A DNA stretch of 64,000 bases. It comes from Eledone cirrhosa. Lineage: Eukaryota. The first letter of the stretch is position 1, and the number at the start of each line of letters is the position of its first letter. Both the position numbers and the translations under genes were made by a program. A model generated the notes under the pieces. It saw nothing but the letters and a program-made list of their open reading frames with translations. It searched no databases and was not told where the DNA came from. The stretch spans positions 363,568,001-363,632,000 of the forward strand of contig OZ024741.1 of NCBI GenBank assembly GCA_964016885.1. The letters run 5' to 3'. Shown here in pieces: positions 25,895-40,800 of this stretch.

Positions 25895-28800
25895 TAGGTA
25901 TAGCTGTGGTTAAGAAGGTTATTTCACAATAACATAGATGTAGGTATAGCTGTGGTTAAGAAGGTTAGTTCACAATAACATTGACGTAGGTATAGCTGTG
26001 GTTAAGAAGGTTATTTCACAATAACGTAGATGTAGGTATAGCTTGGGTTAAGAAGGTTGTTTCACAATAACATAGATGTAGGTATAGCTGTGGTTAAGAA
26101 GGTTGTTTTACGATAACATAGATGTAGGTATAGCTTGGGTTAAGAAGGTTGTTTTACAATAACATAGATATAGGTATAGCTGTGGTTGAGAAGGTTGTTT
26201 TACAATAACATAGATGTAGGTATAGCTGTGGTTAAGAAGACTATTTCACAATAACATAGATGTAGGTATAGCTTGGGTTAAGAAGGTTGTTTCACAATAA
26301 CATAGATGTAGGTATAGCTTTGGTTAAGAAGGTTATTTCACTATAACATAGATGTAGGTATAGCTGTGGTTAAGAAGGTTATTTCACAATAACATTGATG
26401 TAGGTATAGCTTGAGTTAAGAAGGTTATTTCACAATAACCTAGATGTAGGTATAGCTGTGGTTAAGAAGGTTGTTTTACAATAACATAGATGTAGGTATA
26501 GCTTGGGTTAAGAAGGTTATTTCACGATAACATAGATGTAGGTATAGCTGTGGTTAAGAAGGTTATTTCACAATAACATAGATGTAGGTATAGCTTGGGT
26601 TAAGAAGGTTATTTCACAATAACATAGATGTAGGTATAGCTTTGGTTAAGAAGGTTATTTCACAATAACATAGATGTAGGTATAGCTTGGGTTAAGAAGG
26701 TTATTTCACAATAAAATAGATGTAGGTATAGCTTGGGTTAAGAAGGTTGTTTTACAATAACATAGATGTAGGTATAGCTGTGGTTAAGAAGACTATTTCA
26801 CAATAACATAGATGTAGGTATAGCTTGGGTTAAGAAGGTTATTTGACAATAACATAGATGTAGGTATAGCTGTGGTTAAGAAGGTTATTTCACTATAACA
26901 TAGATGTAGGTATAGCTGTGGTTGAGAAGGTTATTTCACAATAACATAGATGTAGGTATAGCTGTGGTTAAGAAGGTTGTTTTACAATAACATAGATGTA
27001 GGTATAGCTTGGGTTAAGAAGGTTATTTCACAATAACATAGATGTAGGTATAGCTGTGGTTGAGAAGGTTGTTTTACAATAACATAGATGTAGGTATAGC
27101 TGGGGTTAAGAAGGTTATTTCACAATAACATAGATGTAGGTATAGCTTGGGTTAAGAAGGTTGTTTTACAATAACATAGATGTAGGTATAGCTGTGGTTA
27201 AGAAGGTTGTTTTACAATAACATATATGTAGGTATAGCTTGGGTTAAGAAGGTTATTTCACAATAACATAGATGTAGGTATAGCTGTGGTTAAGAAGGTT
27301 ATTCCACAATAAAATAGATGTAGGTATAGCTCGGGTTAAGAAGGTTATTTCACAATAACATAGATGTAGCTATAGCTGTGGTTAAGAAGGTTGTTTCACA
27401 ATAACATAGATGTAGGTATAGCTTGGGTTAAGAAGGTTATTTCACAATAACATAGAGGTAGGTATAGCTGTGGTTAAGAAGGTTGTTTCACAATAACATA
27501 GATGTGGGTATAGTTGTGGTTAAGAAGACTATTTCACAATAACATAGATGTAGATATAGCTGTGGTTAAGAAGGTTGTTTTACAATAACATAGATGTAGG
27601 TATAGCTGTGGTTAAGAAGGTTGTTTAACAATAACATAGATGTAGGTATAGCTGTGGTTAAGAAGGTTGTTTTACGATAACATAGATGTAGGTATAGCTT
27701 GGGTTAAGAAGGTTGTTTTACAATAACATAGATGTAGGTATAGCTGTGGTTAAGAAGGTTGTTATACAATAACATAGATGTAGGTATAGCTTGGGTTAAG
27801 AAGGTTATTTCACAATAACATAGATGTAGGTATAGCTGTGGTTAAGAAGGTTATTTCACAATAACATTGATGTAGGTATAGCTGTGGTTAAGAAGGTTAT
27901 TTCACAATAACATAGATGTAGGTATAGCTGTGGTTAAGAAGGTTATTTCACAATAACATTGATGTAGGTATAGCTGTGGTTAAGAAGACTATTTCACAAT
28001 AACATAGATGTAGGTATAGATTGGGTTAAGAAGGTTGTTTCACAATAACCTAGATCTAGATATAGCTGTGGTTAAGAAGGTTATTTCACAATAACATAGA
28101 TGCAGGTATAGCTTGGGTTAAGAATGTTATTTCACAATAACATTGACGTAGGTATAGCTGTGGTTAAGAAGGTTATTTCACAATAACATAGATGTAGGTA
28201 TAGCTTGGGTTAAGAAGGTTATTTCACAATAACATAGATGTAGGTATAGCTTTGGTTAAGAAGGTTATTTCACAATAACATAGATGTAGGTATAGCTTGG
28301 GTTAAGAAGGTTATTTCAGAATAAAATAGATGTAGGTATAGCTTGGGTTAAGAAGGTTGTTTTACAATAACATAGATGTAGGTATAGCTGTGGTTAAGAA
28401 GACTATTTCACAATAACATAGATGTAGGTATAGCTTGGGTTAAGAAGGTTATTTCACAATAACATAGATGTAGGTATAGCTTGGGTCAAGAAGGTTGTTT
28501 TACAATAACATAGATGTAGGTATAGCTGTGGTTAAGAAGGTTATTTCACAATAACATAGATATAGGTATAGCTTGGGTTAAGAAGACTATTTGACAATAA
28601 CATAGATGTAGGTATAGCTGTGGTTAAGAAGGTTGTTTTACAATAACATAGATGTAGGTATAGCTGTGGTTGAGAAGGTTATTTCACAATAACATAGATG
28701 TAGGTATAGCTGTGGTTAAGAAGGTTGTTTTACAATAACATAGATGTAGGTATAGCTGTGGTTAAGAAGACTATTTCACAATAACATAGATGTAGGTATA

Positions 28801-31800
28801 GCTTGGGTTAAGAAGGTTGTTTCACAATAACATAGATGTAGGTATAGCTTTGGTTAAGAAGGTTATTTCACTATAACATAGATGTAGGTATAGCTGTGGT
28901 TAAGAAGGTTATTTCACAATAACATTGATGTAGGTATAGCTTGAGTTAAGAAGGTTATTTCACAATAACCTAGATGTAGGTATAGCTGTGGTTAAGAAGG
29001 TTGTTTTACAATAACATAGATGTAGGTATAGCTTGGGTTAAGAAGGTTATTTCACGATAACATAGATGTAGTTATAGCTGTGGTTAAGAAGGTTATTTCA
29101 CAATAACATAGATGTAGGTATAGCTTGGGTTAAGAAGGTTATTTCACAATAACATAGATGTAGGTATAGCTTTGGTTAAGAAGGTTATTTCACAATAACA
29201 TAGATGTAGGTATAGCTTGGGTTAAGAAGGTTATTTCACAATAAAATAGATGTAGGTATAGCTTGGGTTAAGAAGGTTGTTTTACAATAACATAGATGTA
29301 GGTATAGCTGTGGTTAAGAAGACTATTTCACAATAACATAGATGTAGGTATAGCTTGGGTTAAGAAGGTTATTTGACAATAACATAGATGTAGGTATAGC
29401 TGTGGTTAAGAAGGTTATTTCACTATAACATAGATGTAGGTATAGCTGTGGTTGAGAAGGTTATTTCACAATAACATAGATGTAGGTATAGCTGTGGTTA
29501 AGAAGGTTGCTTTACAATAACATAGATGTAGGTATAGCTTGGGTTAAGAAGGTTATTTCACAATAACATAGATGTAGGTATAGCTGTGGTTGAGAAGGTT
29601 GTTTTACAATAACATAGATGTAGGTATAGCTGGGGTTAAGAAGGTTATTTCACAATAACATAGATGTAGGTATAGCTTGGGTTAAGAAGGTTGTTTTACA
29701 ATAACATAGATGTAGGTATAGCTGTGGTTAAGAAGGTTGTTTTACAATAACATATATGTAGGTATAGCTTGGGTTAAGAAGGTTATTTCACAATAACATA
29801 GATGTAGGTATAGCTGTGGTTAAGAAGGTTATTCCACAATAACATAGATGTAGGTATAGCTCGGGTTAAGAAGGTTATTTCACAATAACATAGATGTAGC
29901 TATAGCTGTGGTTAAGAAGGTTGTTTCACAATAACATAGATGTAGGTATAGCTTGGGTTAAGAAGGTTATTTCACAATAACATAGAGGTAGGTATAGCTG
30001 TGGTTAAGAAGGTTGTTTCACAATAACATAGATGTGGGTATAGTTGTGGTTAAGAAGACTATTTCACAATAACATAGATGTAGATATAGCTGTGGTTAAG
30101 AAGGTTGTTTTACAATAACATAGATGTAGGTATAGCTGTGGTTAAGAAGGTTGTTTAACAATAACATAGATGTAGGTATAGCTGTGGTTAAGAAGGTTGT
30201 TTTACGATAACATAGATGTAGGTATAGCTTGGGTTAAGAAGGTTGTTTTACAATAACATAGATGTAGGTATAGCTGTGGTTAAGAAGGTTGTTATACAAT
30301 AACATAGATGTAGGTATAGCTTGGGTTAAGAAGGTTATTTCACAATAACATAGATGTAGGTATAGCTGTGGTTAAGAAGGTTATTTCACAATAACATTGA
30401 TGTAGGTATAGCTGTGGTTAAGAAGGTTATTTCACAATAACATAGATGTAGGTATAGCTGTGGTTAAGAAGGTTATTTCACAATAACATTGATGTAGGTA
30501 TAGCTGTGGTTAAGAAGACTATTTCACAATAACATAGATGTAGGTATAGCTTGGGTTAAGAAGGTTGTTTCACAATAACCTAGATCTAGATATAGCTGTG
30601 GTTAAGAAGGTTATTTCACAATAACATAGATGCAGGTATAGCTTGGGTTAAGAATGTTATTTCACAATAACATTGACGTAGGTATAGCTGTGGTTAAGAA
30701 GGTTATTTCACAATAACATAGATGTAGGTATAGCTTGGGTTAAGAAGGTTATTTCACAATAACATAGATGTAGGTATAGCTTTGGTTAAGAAGGTTATTT
30801 CACAATAACATAGATGTAGGTATAGCTTGGGTTAAGAAGGTTATTTCAGAATAAAATAGATGTAGGTATAGCTTGGGTTAAGAAGGTTGTTTTACAATAA
30901 CATAGATGTAGGTATAGCTGTGGTTAAGAAGACTATTTCACAATAACATAGATGTAGGTATAGCTTGGGTTAAGAAGGTTATTTCACAATAACATAGATG
31001 TAGGTATAGCTTGGGTCAAGAAGGTTGTTTTACAATAACATAGATGTAGGTATAGCTGTGGTTAAGAAGGTTATTTCACAATAACATAGATATAGGTATA
31101 GCTTGGGTTAAGAAGACTATTTGACAATAACATAGATGTAGGTATAGCTGTGGTTAAGAAGGTTGTTTTACAATAACATAGATGTAGGTATAGCTGTGGT
31201 TGAGAAGGTTATTTCACAATAACATAGATGTAGGTATAGCTGTGGTTAAGAAGGTTGTTTTACAATAACATAGATGTAGGTATAGCTTGGGTTAAGAAGG
31301 TTGTTTTACAATAACATAGATGTAGGTATAGCTGTGGTTAAGAAGACTATTTCACAATAACATAGATGTAGGTATAGCTTGGGTTAAGAAGGTTATTTGA
31401 CAATAACATAGATGTAGGTATAGCTGTGGTTAAGAAGGTTATTTCACTATAACATAGATGTAGGTATAGCTGTGGTTGAGAAGGTTATTTCACAATAACA
31501 TAGATGTAGGTATAGCTTGGGTTAAGAAGACTATTTCACAATAACATAGATGTAGGTATAGCTGTGGTTAAGAAGGTTATTTCACAATAACATAGATGTA
31601 GGTATAGCTGTGGTTAAGAAGGTTGTTTTACAATAACATAGATGTACGTATAGCTTGGGTTAAGAAGGTTGTTTTACCATAACCTAGATGTAGGTATAGC
31701 TTGGGTTAAGAAGACTATTTCACAATAACATAGATGTAGGTATAGCTGTGGTTAAGAAGGTTATTTCACAATAACATAGATGTAGGTATAGCTTGGGTTA

Positions 31801-34800
31801 AGAAGGTTGTTTTACAATAACATAGATGTAGGTACAGCTGTGGTTAAGAAGGTTATTTCCCAATAACATAGATGTAGGTATAGCTGTGGTTAAGAAGGTT
31901 GTTTTACAATAACATAGATGTAGGTATAGCTTGGGTTAAGAAGGTTGTTTTACAATAACATAGATGTAGGTATAGCTTGGGTTAAGAAGGTTGTTTTACA
32001 ATAACATAGATGTAGGTATAGCTGTGGTTAAGAAGACAATTTCACAATAACATAGATGTAGGTATAGCTGTGTTTAAGAAGACTATTCCACAATAACATA
32101 GATGTAGGTATAGCTGTGGTTAAGAAGGTTGTTTTACAATAACATAGATGTAGGAATAGCTTGGGTTAAGAAGGTTGTTTTACATAGCCTAGATGTAGGT
32201 ATAGCTTGGGTTAAGAAGACTATTTCACAATAACATAGATGTAGTTATAGCTTGGGTTAAGAAGACTATTTCACAATAACATAGATGTAGGTATAGCTGT
32301 GGTTAAGAAGGTTGTTTCACTATAACATAGATGTAGGTATAGCTGTGGTTAAGAAGACTATTTCACAATAACATAGATGTAGGTATAGCTGTGTTTAAGA
32401 AGACTATTCCACAATAACATAGATGTAGGTATAGCTTGGGTTAAGAAAACTATTTCACAATAACATAGATGTAGGTATAGCTGTGGTTAAGAAGGTTATT
32501 TCACAATAACATAGATGTAGGTATAGCTTGGGTGAAGAAGGTTATTTCACAATAACATAGATGTAGGTATAGCTGTGGTTAAGAAGGTTGGTTTACAATA
32601 ACATAGATGTAGGTATAGCTTGGGTTAAGAAGGTTGTTTTACCATAACCTAGATGTAGGTATAGCTTGGGTTAAGAAGACTATTTCACAATAACATAGAT
32701 GTAGGTATAGCTTGGGTTAAGAAGACTATTTCACAATAACATAGATGTAGGTATAGCTGTGGTTAAGAAGGTTGTTTCACAATAACATAGATGTAGTTAT
32801 AGCTGTGGTTAAGAAGGTTATTTCACAATAACATAGATGTAGGTATAGCTGTGGTTAAGAAGGTTGTTTTACAATAACATAGATGTAGGTATAGCTTGGA
32901 TTAAGGTTATTTCACAATAACATAGATGTAGGTATAGCTTGGGTTAAGAAGGTTATTTCACAATAACATAGATGTAGGTATAGCTGTGGTTAAGAAGGTT
33001 ATTTCACAATAACATAGATGTAGGTATAGCTGTGTTTAAGAAGACTATTCCACAATAACATAGATGTAGGTATAGCTTGGGTTAAGAAGACTATTTCACA
33101 ATAACATAGATGTAGGTATAGCTGTGGTTAAGAAGGTTATTTCACAATAACATAGATGTAGGTATAGCTGTGGTTAAGAAGGTTGTTTTACAATAACATA
33201 GATGTACGTATAGCTTGGGTTAAGAAGGTTGTTTTACCATAACCTAGATGTAGGTATAGCTTGGGTTAAGAAGACTATTTCACAATAACATAGATGTAGG
33301 TATAGCTGTGGTTAAGAAGGTTATTTCACAATAACATAGATGTAGGTATAGCTTGGGTTAAGAAGGTTGTTTTACAATAACATAGATGTAGGTACAGCTG
33401 TGGTTAAGAAGGTTATTTCCCAATAACATAGATGTAGGTATAGCTGTGGTTAAGAAGGTTGTTTTACAATAACATAGATGTAGGTATCGCTTGGGTTAAG
33501 AAGGTTGATTTACAATAACATAGATGTAGGTATAGCTTGGGTTAAGAAGGTTGTTTTACAATAACATAGATGTAGGTATAACTGTGGTTAAGAAGACGAT
33601 TTCACAATAACATAGATGTAGGTATAGCTGTGTTTAAGAAGACTATTCCACAATAACATAGATGTAGGTATAGCTTGGGTTAAGAAGACTATTTCACAAT
33701 AACATAGATGTAGGTATAGCTGTGGTTAAGAAGGTTATTTCACAATAACATAGATGTAGGTATAGCTTGGGTTAAGAAGGTTATTTCACAATAACATAGA
33801 TGTAGGTATAGCTGTGGTTAAGAAGGTTGTTTTACAATAACATAGATGTAGGAATAGCTTGGGTTAAGAAGGTTGTTTTACATAGCCTAGATGTAGGTAT
33901 AGCTTGGGTTAAGAAGACTATTTCACAATAACATAGATGTAGGTATAGCTTGGGTTAAGAAGACTATTTCACAATAACATAGATGTAGGTATAGCTGTGG
34001 TTAAGAAGGTTGTTTCACTATAACATAGATGTAGGTATAGCTGTGGTTAAGAAGACTATTTCACAATAACATAGATGTAGGTATAGCTGTGTTTAAGAAG
34101 ACTATTCCACAATAACATAGATGTAGGTATAGCTTGGGTTAAGAAGGTTATTTGACAATAACATAGATGTAGGTATAGCTGTGGTTAAGAAGGTTATTTC
34201 ACTATAACATAGATGTAGGTATAGCTGTGGTTGAGAAGGTTATTTCACAATAACATAGATGTAGGTATAGCTGTGGTTAAGAAGGTTGTTTTACAATAAC
34301 ATAGATGTAGGTATAGCTTGGGTTAAGAAGGTTATTTCACAATAACATAGATGTAGGTATAGCTGTGGTTGAGAAGGTTGTTTTACAATAACATAGATGT
34401 AGGTATAGCTGGGGTTAAGAAGGTTATTTCACAATAACATAGATGTAGGTATAGCTTGGGTTAAGAAGGTTGTTTTACAATAACATAGATGTAGGTATAG
34501 CTGTGGTTAAGAAGGTTGTTTTACAATAACATATATGTAGGTATAGCTTGGGTTAAGAAGGTTATTTCACAATAACATAGATGTAGGTATAGCTGTGGTT
34601 AAGAAGGTTATTCCACAATAACATAGATGTAGGTATAGCTCGGGTTAAGAAGGTTATTTCACAATAACATAGATGTAGCTATAGCTGTGGTTAAGAAGGT
34701 TGTTTCACAATAACATAGATGTAGGTATAGCTTGGGTTAAGAAGGTTATTTCACAATAACATAGAGGTAGGTATAGCTGTGGTTAAGAAGGTTGTTTCAC

Positions 34801-37800
34801 AATAACATAGATGTGGGTATAGTTGTGGTTAAGAAGACTATTTCACAATAACATAGATGTAGATATAGCTGTGGTTAAGAAGGTTGTTTTACAATAACAT
34901 AGATGTAGGTATAGCTGTGGTTAAGAAGGTTGTTTAACAATAACATAGATGTAGGTATAGCTGTGGTTAAGAAGGTTGTTTTACGATAACATAGATGTAG
35001 GTATAGCTTGGGTTAAGAAGGTTGTTTTACAATAACATAGATGTAGGTATAGCTGTGGTTAAGAAGGTTGTTATACAATAACATAGATGTAGGTATAGCT
35101 TGGGTTAAGAAGGTTATTTCACAATAACATAGATGTAGGTATAGCTGTGGTTAAGAAGGTTATTTCACAATAACATTGATGTAGGTATAGCTGTGGTTAA
35201 GAAGGTTATTTCACAATAACATAGATGTAGGTATAGCTGTGGTTAAGAAGGTTATTTCACAATAACATTGATGTAGGTATAGCTGTGGTTAAGAAGACTA
35301 TTTCACAATAACATAGATGTAGGTATAGCTTGGGTTAAGAAGGTTGTTTCACAATAACCTAGATCTAGATATAGCTGTGGTTAAGAAGGTTATTTCACAA
35401 TAACATAGATGCAGGTATAGCTTGGGTTAAGAATGTTATTTCACAATAACATTGACGTAGGTATAGCTGTGGTTAAGAAGGTTATTTCACAATAACATAG
35501 ATGTAGGTATAGCTTGGGTTAAGAAGGTTATTTCACAATAACATAGATGTAGGTATAGCTTTGGTTAAGAAGGTTATTTCACAATAACATAGATGTAGGT
35601 ATAGCTTGGGTTAAGAAGGTTATTTCAGAATAAAATAGATGTAGGTATAGTTTGGGTTAAGAAGGTTGTTTTACAATAACATAGATGTAGGTATAGCTGT
35701 GGTTAAGAAGACTATTTCACAATAACATAGATGTAGGTATAGCTTGGGTTAAGAAGGTTATTTCACAATAACATAGATGTAGGTATAGCTTGGGTCAAGA
35801 AGGTTGTTTTACAATAACATAGATGTAGGTATAGCTGTGGTTAAGAAGGTTATTTCACAATAACATAGATATAGGTATAGCTTGGGTTAAGAAGACTATT
35901 TGACAATAACATAGATGTAGGTATAGCTGTGGTTAAGAAGGTTGTTTTACAATAACATAGATGTAGGTATAGCTGTGGTTGAGAAGGTTATTTCACAATA
36001 ACATAGATGTAGGTATAGCTGTGGTTAAGAAGGTTGTTTTACAATAACATAGATGTAGGTATAGCTGTGGTTAAGAAGACTATTTCACAATAACATAGAT
36101 GTAGGTATAGCTTGGGTTAAGAAGGTTGTTTCACAATAACATAGATGTAGGTATAGCTTTGGTTAAGAAGGTTATTTCACTATAACATAGATGTAGGTAT
36201 AGCTGTGGTTAAGAAGGTTATTTCACAATAACATTGATGTAGGTATAGCTTGAGTTAAGAAGGTTATTTCACAATAACCTAGATGTAGGTATAGCTGTGG
36301 TTAAGAAGGTTGTTTTACAATAACATAGATGTAGGTATAGCTTGGGTTAAGAAGGTTATTTCACGATAACATAGATGTAGGTATAGCTGTGGTTAAGAAG
36401 GTTATTTCACAATAACATAGATGTAGGTATAGCTTGGGTTAAGAAGGTTATTTCACAATAACATAGATGTAGGTATAGCTTTGGTTAAGAAGGTTATTTC
36501 ACAATAACATAGATGTAGGTATAGCTTGGGTTAAGAAGGTTATTTCACAATAAAATAGATGTAGGTATAGCTTGGGTTAAGAAGGTTGTTTTACAATAAC
36601 ATAGATGTAGGTATAGCTGTGGTTAAGAAGACTATTTCACAATAACATAGATGTAGGTATAGCTTGGGTTAAGAAGGTTATTTGACAATAACATAGATGT
36701 AGGTATAGCTGTGGTTAAGAAGGTTATTTCACTATAACATAGATGTAGGTATAGCTGTGGTTGAGAAGGTTATTTCACAATAACATAGATGTAGGTATAG
36801 CTGTGGTTAAGAAGGTTGTTTTACAATAACATAGATGTAGGTATAGCTTGGGTTAAGAAGGTTATTTCACAATAACATAGATGTAGGTATAGCTGTGGTT
36901 GAGAAGGTTGTTTTACAATAACATAGATGTAGGTATAGCTGGGGTTAAGAAGGTTATTTCACAATAACATAGATGTAGGTATAGCTTGGGTTAAGAAGGT
37001 TGTTTTACAATAACATAGATGTAGGTATAGCTGTGGTTAAGAAGGTTGTTTTACAATAACATATATGTAGGTATAGCTTGGGTTAAGAAGGTTATTTCAC
37101 AATAACATAGATGTAGGTATAGCTGTGGTTAAGAAGGTTATTCCACAATAACATAGATGTAGGTATAGCTCGGGTTAAGAAGGTTATTTCACAATAACAT
37201 AGATGTAGCTATAGCTGTGGTTAAGAAGGTTGTTTCACAATAACATAGATGTAGGTATAGCTTGGGTTAAGAAGGTTATTTCACAATAACATAGAGGTAG
37301 GTATAGCTGTGGTTAAGAAGGTTGTTTCACAATAACATAGATGTGGGTATAGTTGTGGTTAAGAAGACTATTTCACAATAACATAGATGTAGATATAGCT
37401 GTGGTTAAGAAGGTTGTTTTACAATAACATAGATGTAGGTATAGCTGTGGTTAAGAAGGTTGTTTAACAATAACATAGATGTAGGTATAGCTGTGGTTAA
37501 GAAGGTTGTTTTACGATAACATAGATGTAGGTATAGCTTGGGTTAAGAAGGTTGTTTTACAATAACATAGATGTAGGTATAGCTGTGGTTAAGAAGGTTG
37601 TTATACAATAACATAGATGTAGGTATAGCTTGGGTTAAGAAGGTTATTTCACAATAACATAGATGTAGGTATAGCTGTGGTTAAGAAGGTTATTTCACAA
37701 TAACATTGATGTAGGTATAGCTGTGGTTAAGAAGGTTATTTCACAATAACATAGATGTAGGTATAGCTGTGGTTAAGAAGGTTATTTCACAATAACATTG

Positions 37801-40800
37801 ATGTAGGTATAGCTGTGGTTAAGAAGACTATTTCACAATAACATAGATGTAGGTATAGCTTGGGTTAAGAAGGTTGTTTCACAATAACCTAGATCTAGAT
37901 ATAGCTGTGGTTAAGAAGGTTATTTCACAATAACATAGATGCAGGTATAGCTTGGGTTAAGAATGTTATTTCACAATAACATTGACGTAGGTATAGCTGT
38001 GGTTAAGAAGGTTATTTCACAATAACATAGATGTAGGTATAGCTTGGGTTAAGAAGGTTATTTCACAATAACATAGATGTAGGTATAGCTTTGGTTAAGA
38101 AGGTTATTTCACAATAACATAGATGTAGGTATAGCTTGGGTTAAGAAGGTTATTTCAGAATAAAATAGATGTAGGTATAGCTTGGGTTAAGAAGGTTGTT
38201 TTACAATAACATAGATGTAGGTATAGCTGTGGTTAAGAAGACTATTTCACAATAACATAGATGTAGGTATAGCTTGGGTTAAGAAGGTTATTTCACAATA
38301 ACATAGATGTAGGTATAGCTTGGGTCAAGAAGGTTGTTTTACAATAACATAGATGTAGGTATAGCTGTGGTTAAGAAGGTTATTTCACAATAACATAGAT
38401 ATAGGTATAGCTTGGGTTAAGAAGACTATTTGACAATAACATAGATGTAGGTATAGCTGTGGTTAAGAAGGTTGTTTTACAATAACATAGATGTAGGTAT
38501 AGCTGTGGTTGAGAAGGTTATTTCACAATAACATAGATGTAGGTATAGCTGTGGTTAAGAAGGTTGTTTTACAATAACATAGATGTAGGTATAGCTTGGG
38601 TTAAGAAGGTTGTTTTACAATAACATAGATGTAGGTATAGCTGTGGTTAAGAAGACTATTTCACAATAACATAGATGTAGGTATAGCTTGGGTTAAGAAG
38701 GTTATTTGACAATAACATAGATGTAGGTATAGCTGTGGTTAAGAAGGTTATTTCACTATAACATAGATGTAGGTATAGCTGTGGTTGAGAAGGTTATTTC
38801 ACAATAACATAGATGTAGGTATAGCTTGGGTTAAGAAGACTATTTCACAATAACATAGATGTAGGTATAGCTGTGGTTAAGAAGGTTATTTCACAATAAC
38901 ATAGATGTAGGTATAGCTGTGGTTAAGAAGGTTGTTTTACAATAACATAGATGTACGTATAGCTTGGGTTAAGAAGGTTGTTTTACCATAACCTAGATGT
39001 AGGTATAGCTTGGGTTAAGAAGACTATTTCACAATAACATAGATGTAGGTATAGCTGTGGTTAAGAAGGTTATTTCACAATAACATAGATGTAGGTATAG
39101 CTTGGGTTAAGAAGGTTGTTTTACAATAACATAGATGTAGGTACAGCTGTGGTTAAGAAGGTTATTTCCCAATAACATAGATGTAGGTATAGCTGTGGTT
39201 AAGAAGGTTGTTTTACAATAACATAGATGTAGGTATAGCTTGGTTAAGAAGGTTGTTTTACAATAACATAGATGTAGGTATAGCTGTGGTTAAGAAGACA
39301 ATTTCACAATAACATAGATGTAGGTATAGCTGTGTTTAAGAAGACTATTCCACAATAACATAGATGTAGGTATAGCTGTGGTTAAGAAGGTTGTTTTACA
39401 ATAACATAGATGTAGGAATAGCTTGGGTTAAGAAGGTTGTTTTACATAGCCTAGATGTAGGTATAGCTTGGGTTAAGAAGACTATTTCACAATAACATAG
39501 ATGTAGTTATAGCTTGGGTTAAGAAGACTATTTCACAATAACATAGATGTAGGTATAGCTGTGGTTAAGAAGGTTGTTTCACTATAACATAGATGTAGGT
39601 ATAGCTGTGGTTAAGAAGACTATTTCACAATAACATAGATGTAGGTATAGCTGTGTTTAAGAAGACTATTCCACAATAACATAGATGTAGGTATAGCTTG
39701 GGTTAAGAAAACTATTTCACAATAACATAGATGTAGGTATAGCTGTGGTTAAGAAGGTTATTTCACAATAACATAGATGTAGGTATAGCTTGGGTGAAGA
39801 AGGTTATTTCACAATAACATAGATGTAGGTATAGCTGTGGTTAAGAAGGTTGGTTTACAATAACATAGATGTAGGTATAGCTTGGGTTAAGAAGGTTGTT
39901 TTACCATAACCTAGATGTAGGTATAGCTTGGGTTAAGAAGACTATTTCACAATAACATAGATGTAGGTATAGCTTGGGTTAAGAAGACTATTTCACAATA
40001 ACATAGATGTAGGTATAGCTGTGGTTAAGAAGGTTGTTTCACAATAACATAGATGTAGTTATAGCTGTGGTTAAGAAGGTTATTTCACAATAACATAGAT
40101 GTAGGTATAGCTGTGGTTAAGAAGGTTGTTTTACAATAACATAGATGTAGGTATAGCTTGGGTTAAGAAGGTTATTTCACAATAACATAGATGTAGGTAT
40201 AGCTGTGGTTAAGAAGGTTATTTCACAATAACATAGATGTAGGTATAGCTGTGTTTAAGAAGACTATTCCACAATAACATAGATGTAGGTATAGCTTGGG
40301 TTAAGAAGACTATTTCACAATAACATAGATGTAGGTATAGCTGTGGTTAAGAAGGTTATTTCACAATAACATAGATGTAGGTATAGCTGTGGTTAAGAAG
40401 GTTGTTTTACAATAACATAGATGTACGTATAGCTTGGGTTAAGAAGGTTGTTTTACCATAACCTAGATGTAGGTATAGCTTGGGTTAAGAAGACTATTTC
40501 ACAATAACATAGATGTAGGTATAGCTGTGGTTAAGAAGGTTATTTCACAATAACATAGATGTAGGTATAGCTTGGGTTAAGAAGGTTGTTTTACAATAAC
40601 ATAGATGTAGGTACAGCTGTGGTTAAGAAGGTTATTTCCCAATAACATAGATGTAGGTATAGCTGTGGTTAAGAAGGTTGTTTTACAATAACATAGATGT
40701 AGGTATAGCTTGGGTTAAGAAGGTTGATTTACAATAACATAGATGTAGGTATAGCTTGGGTTAAGAAGGTTGTTTTACAATAACATAGATGTAGGTATAA

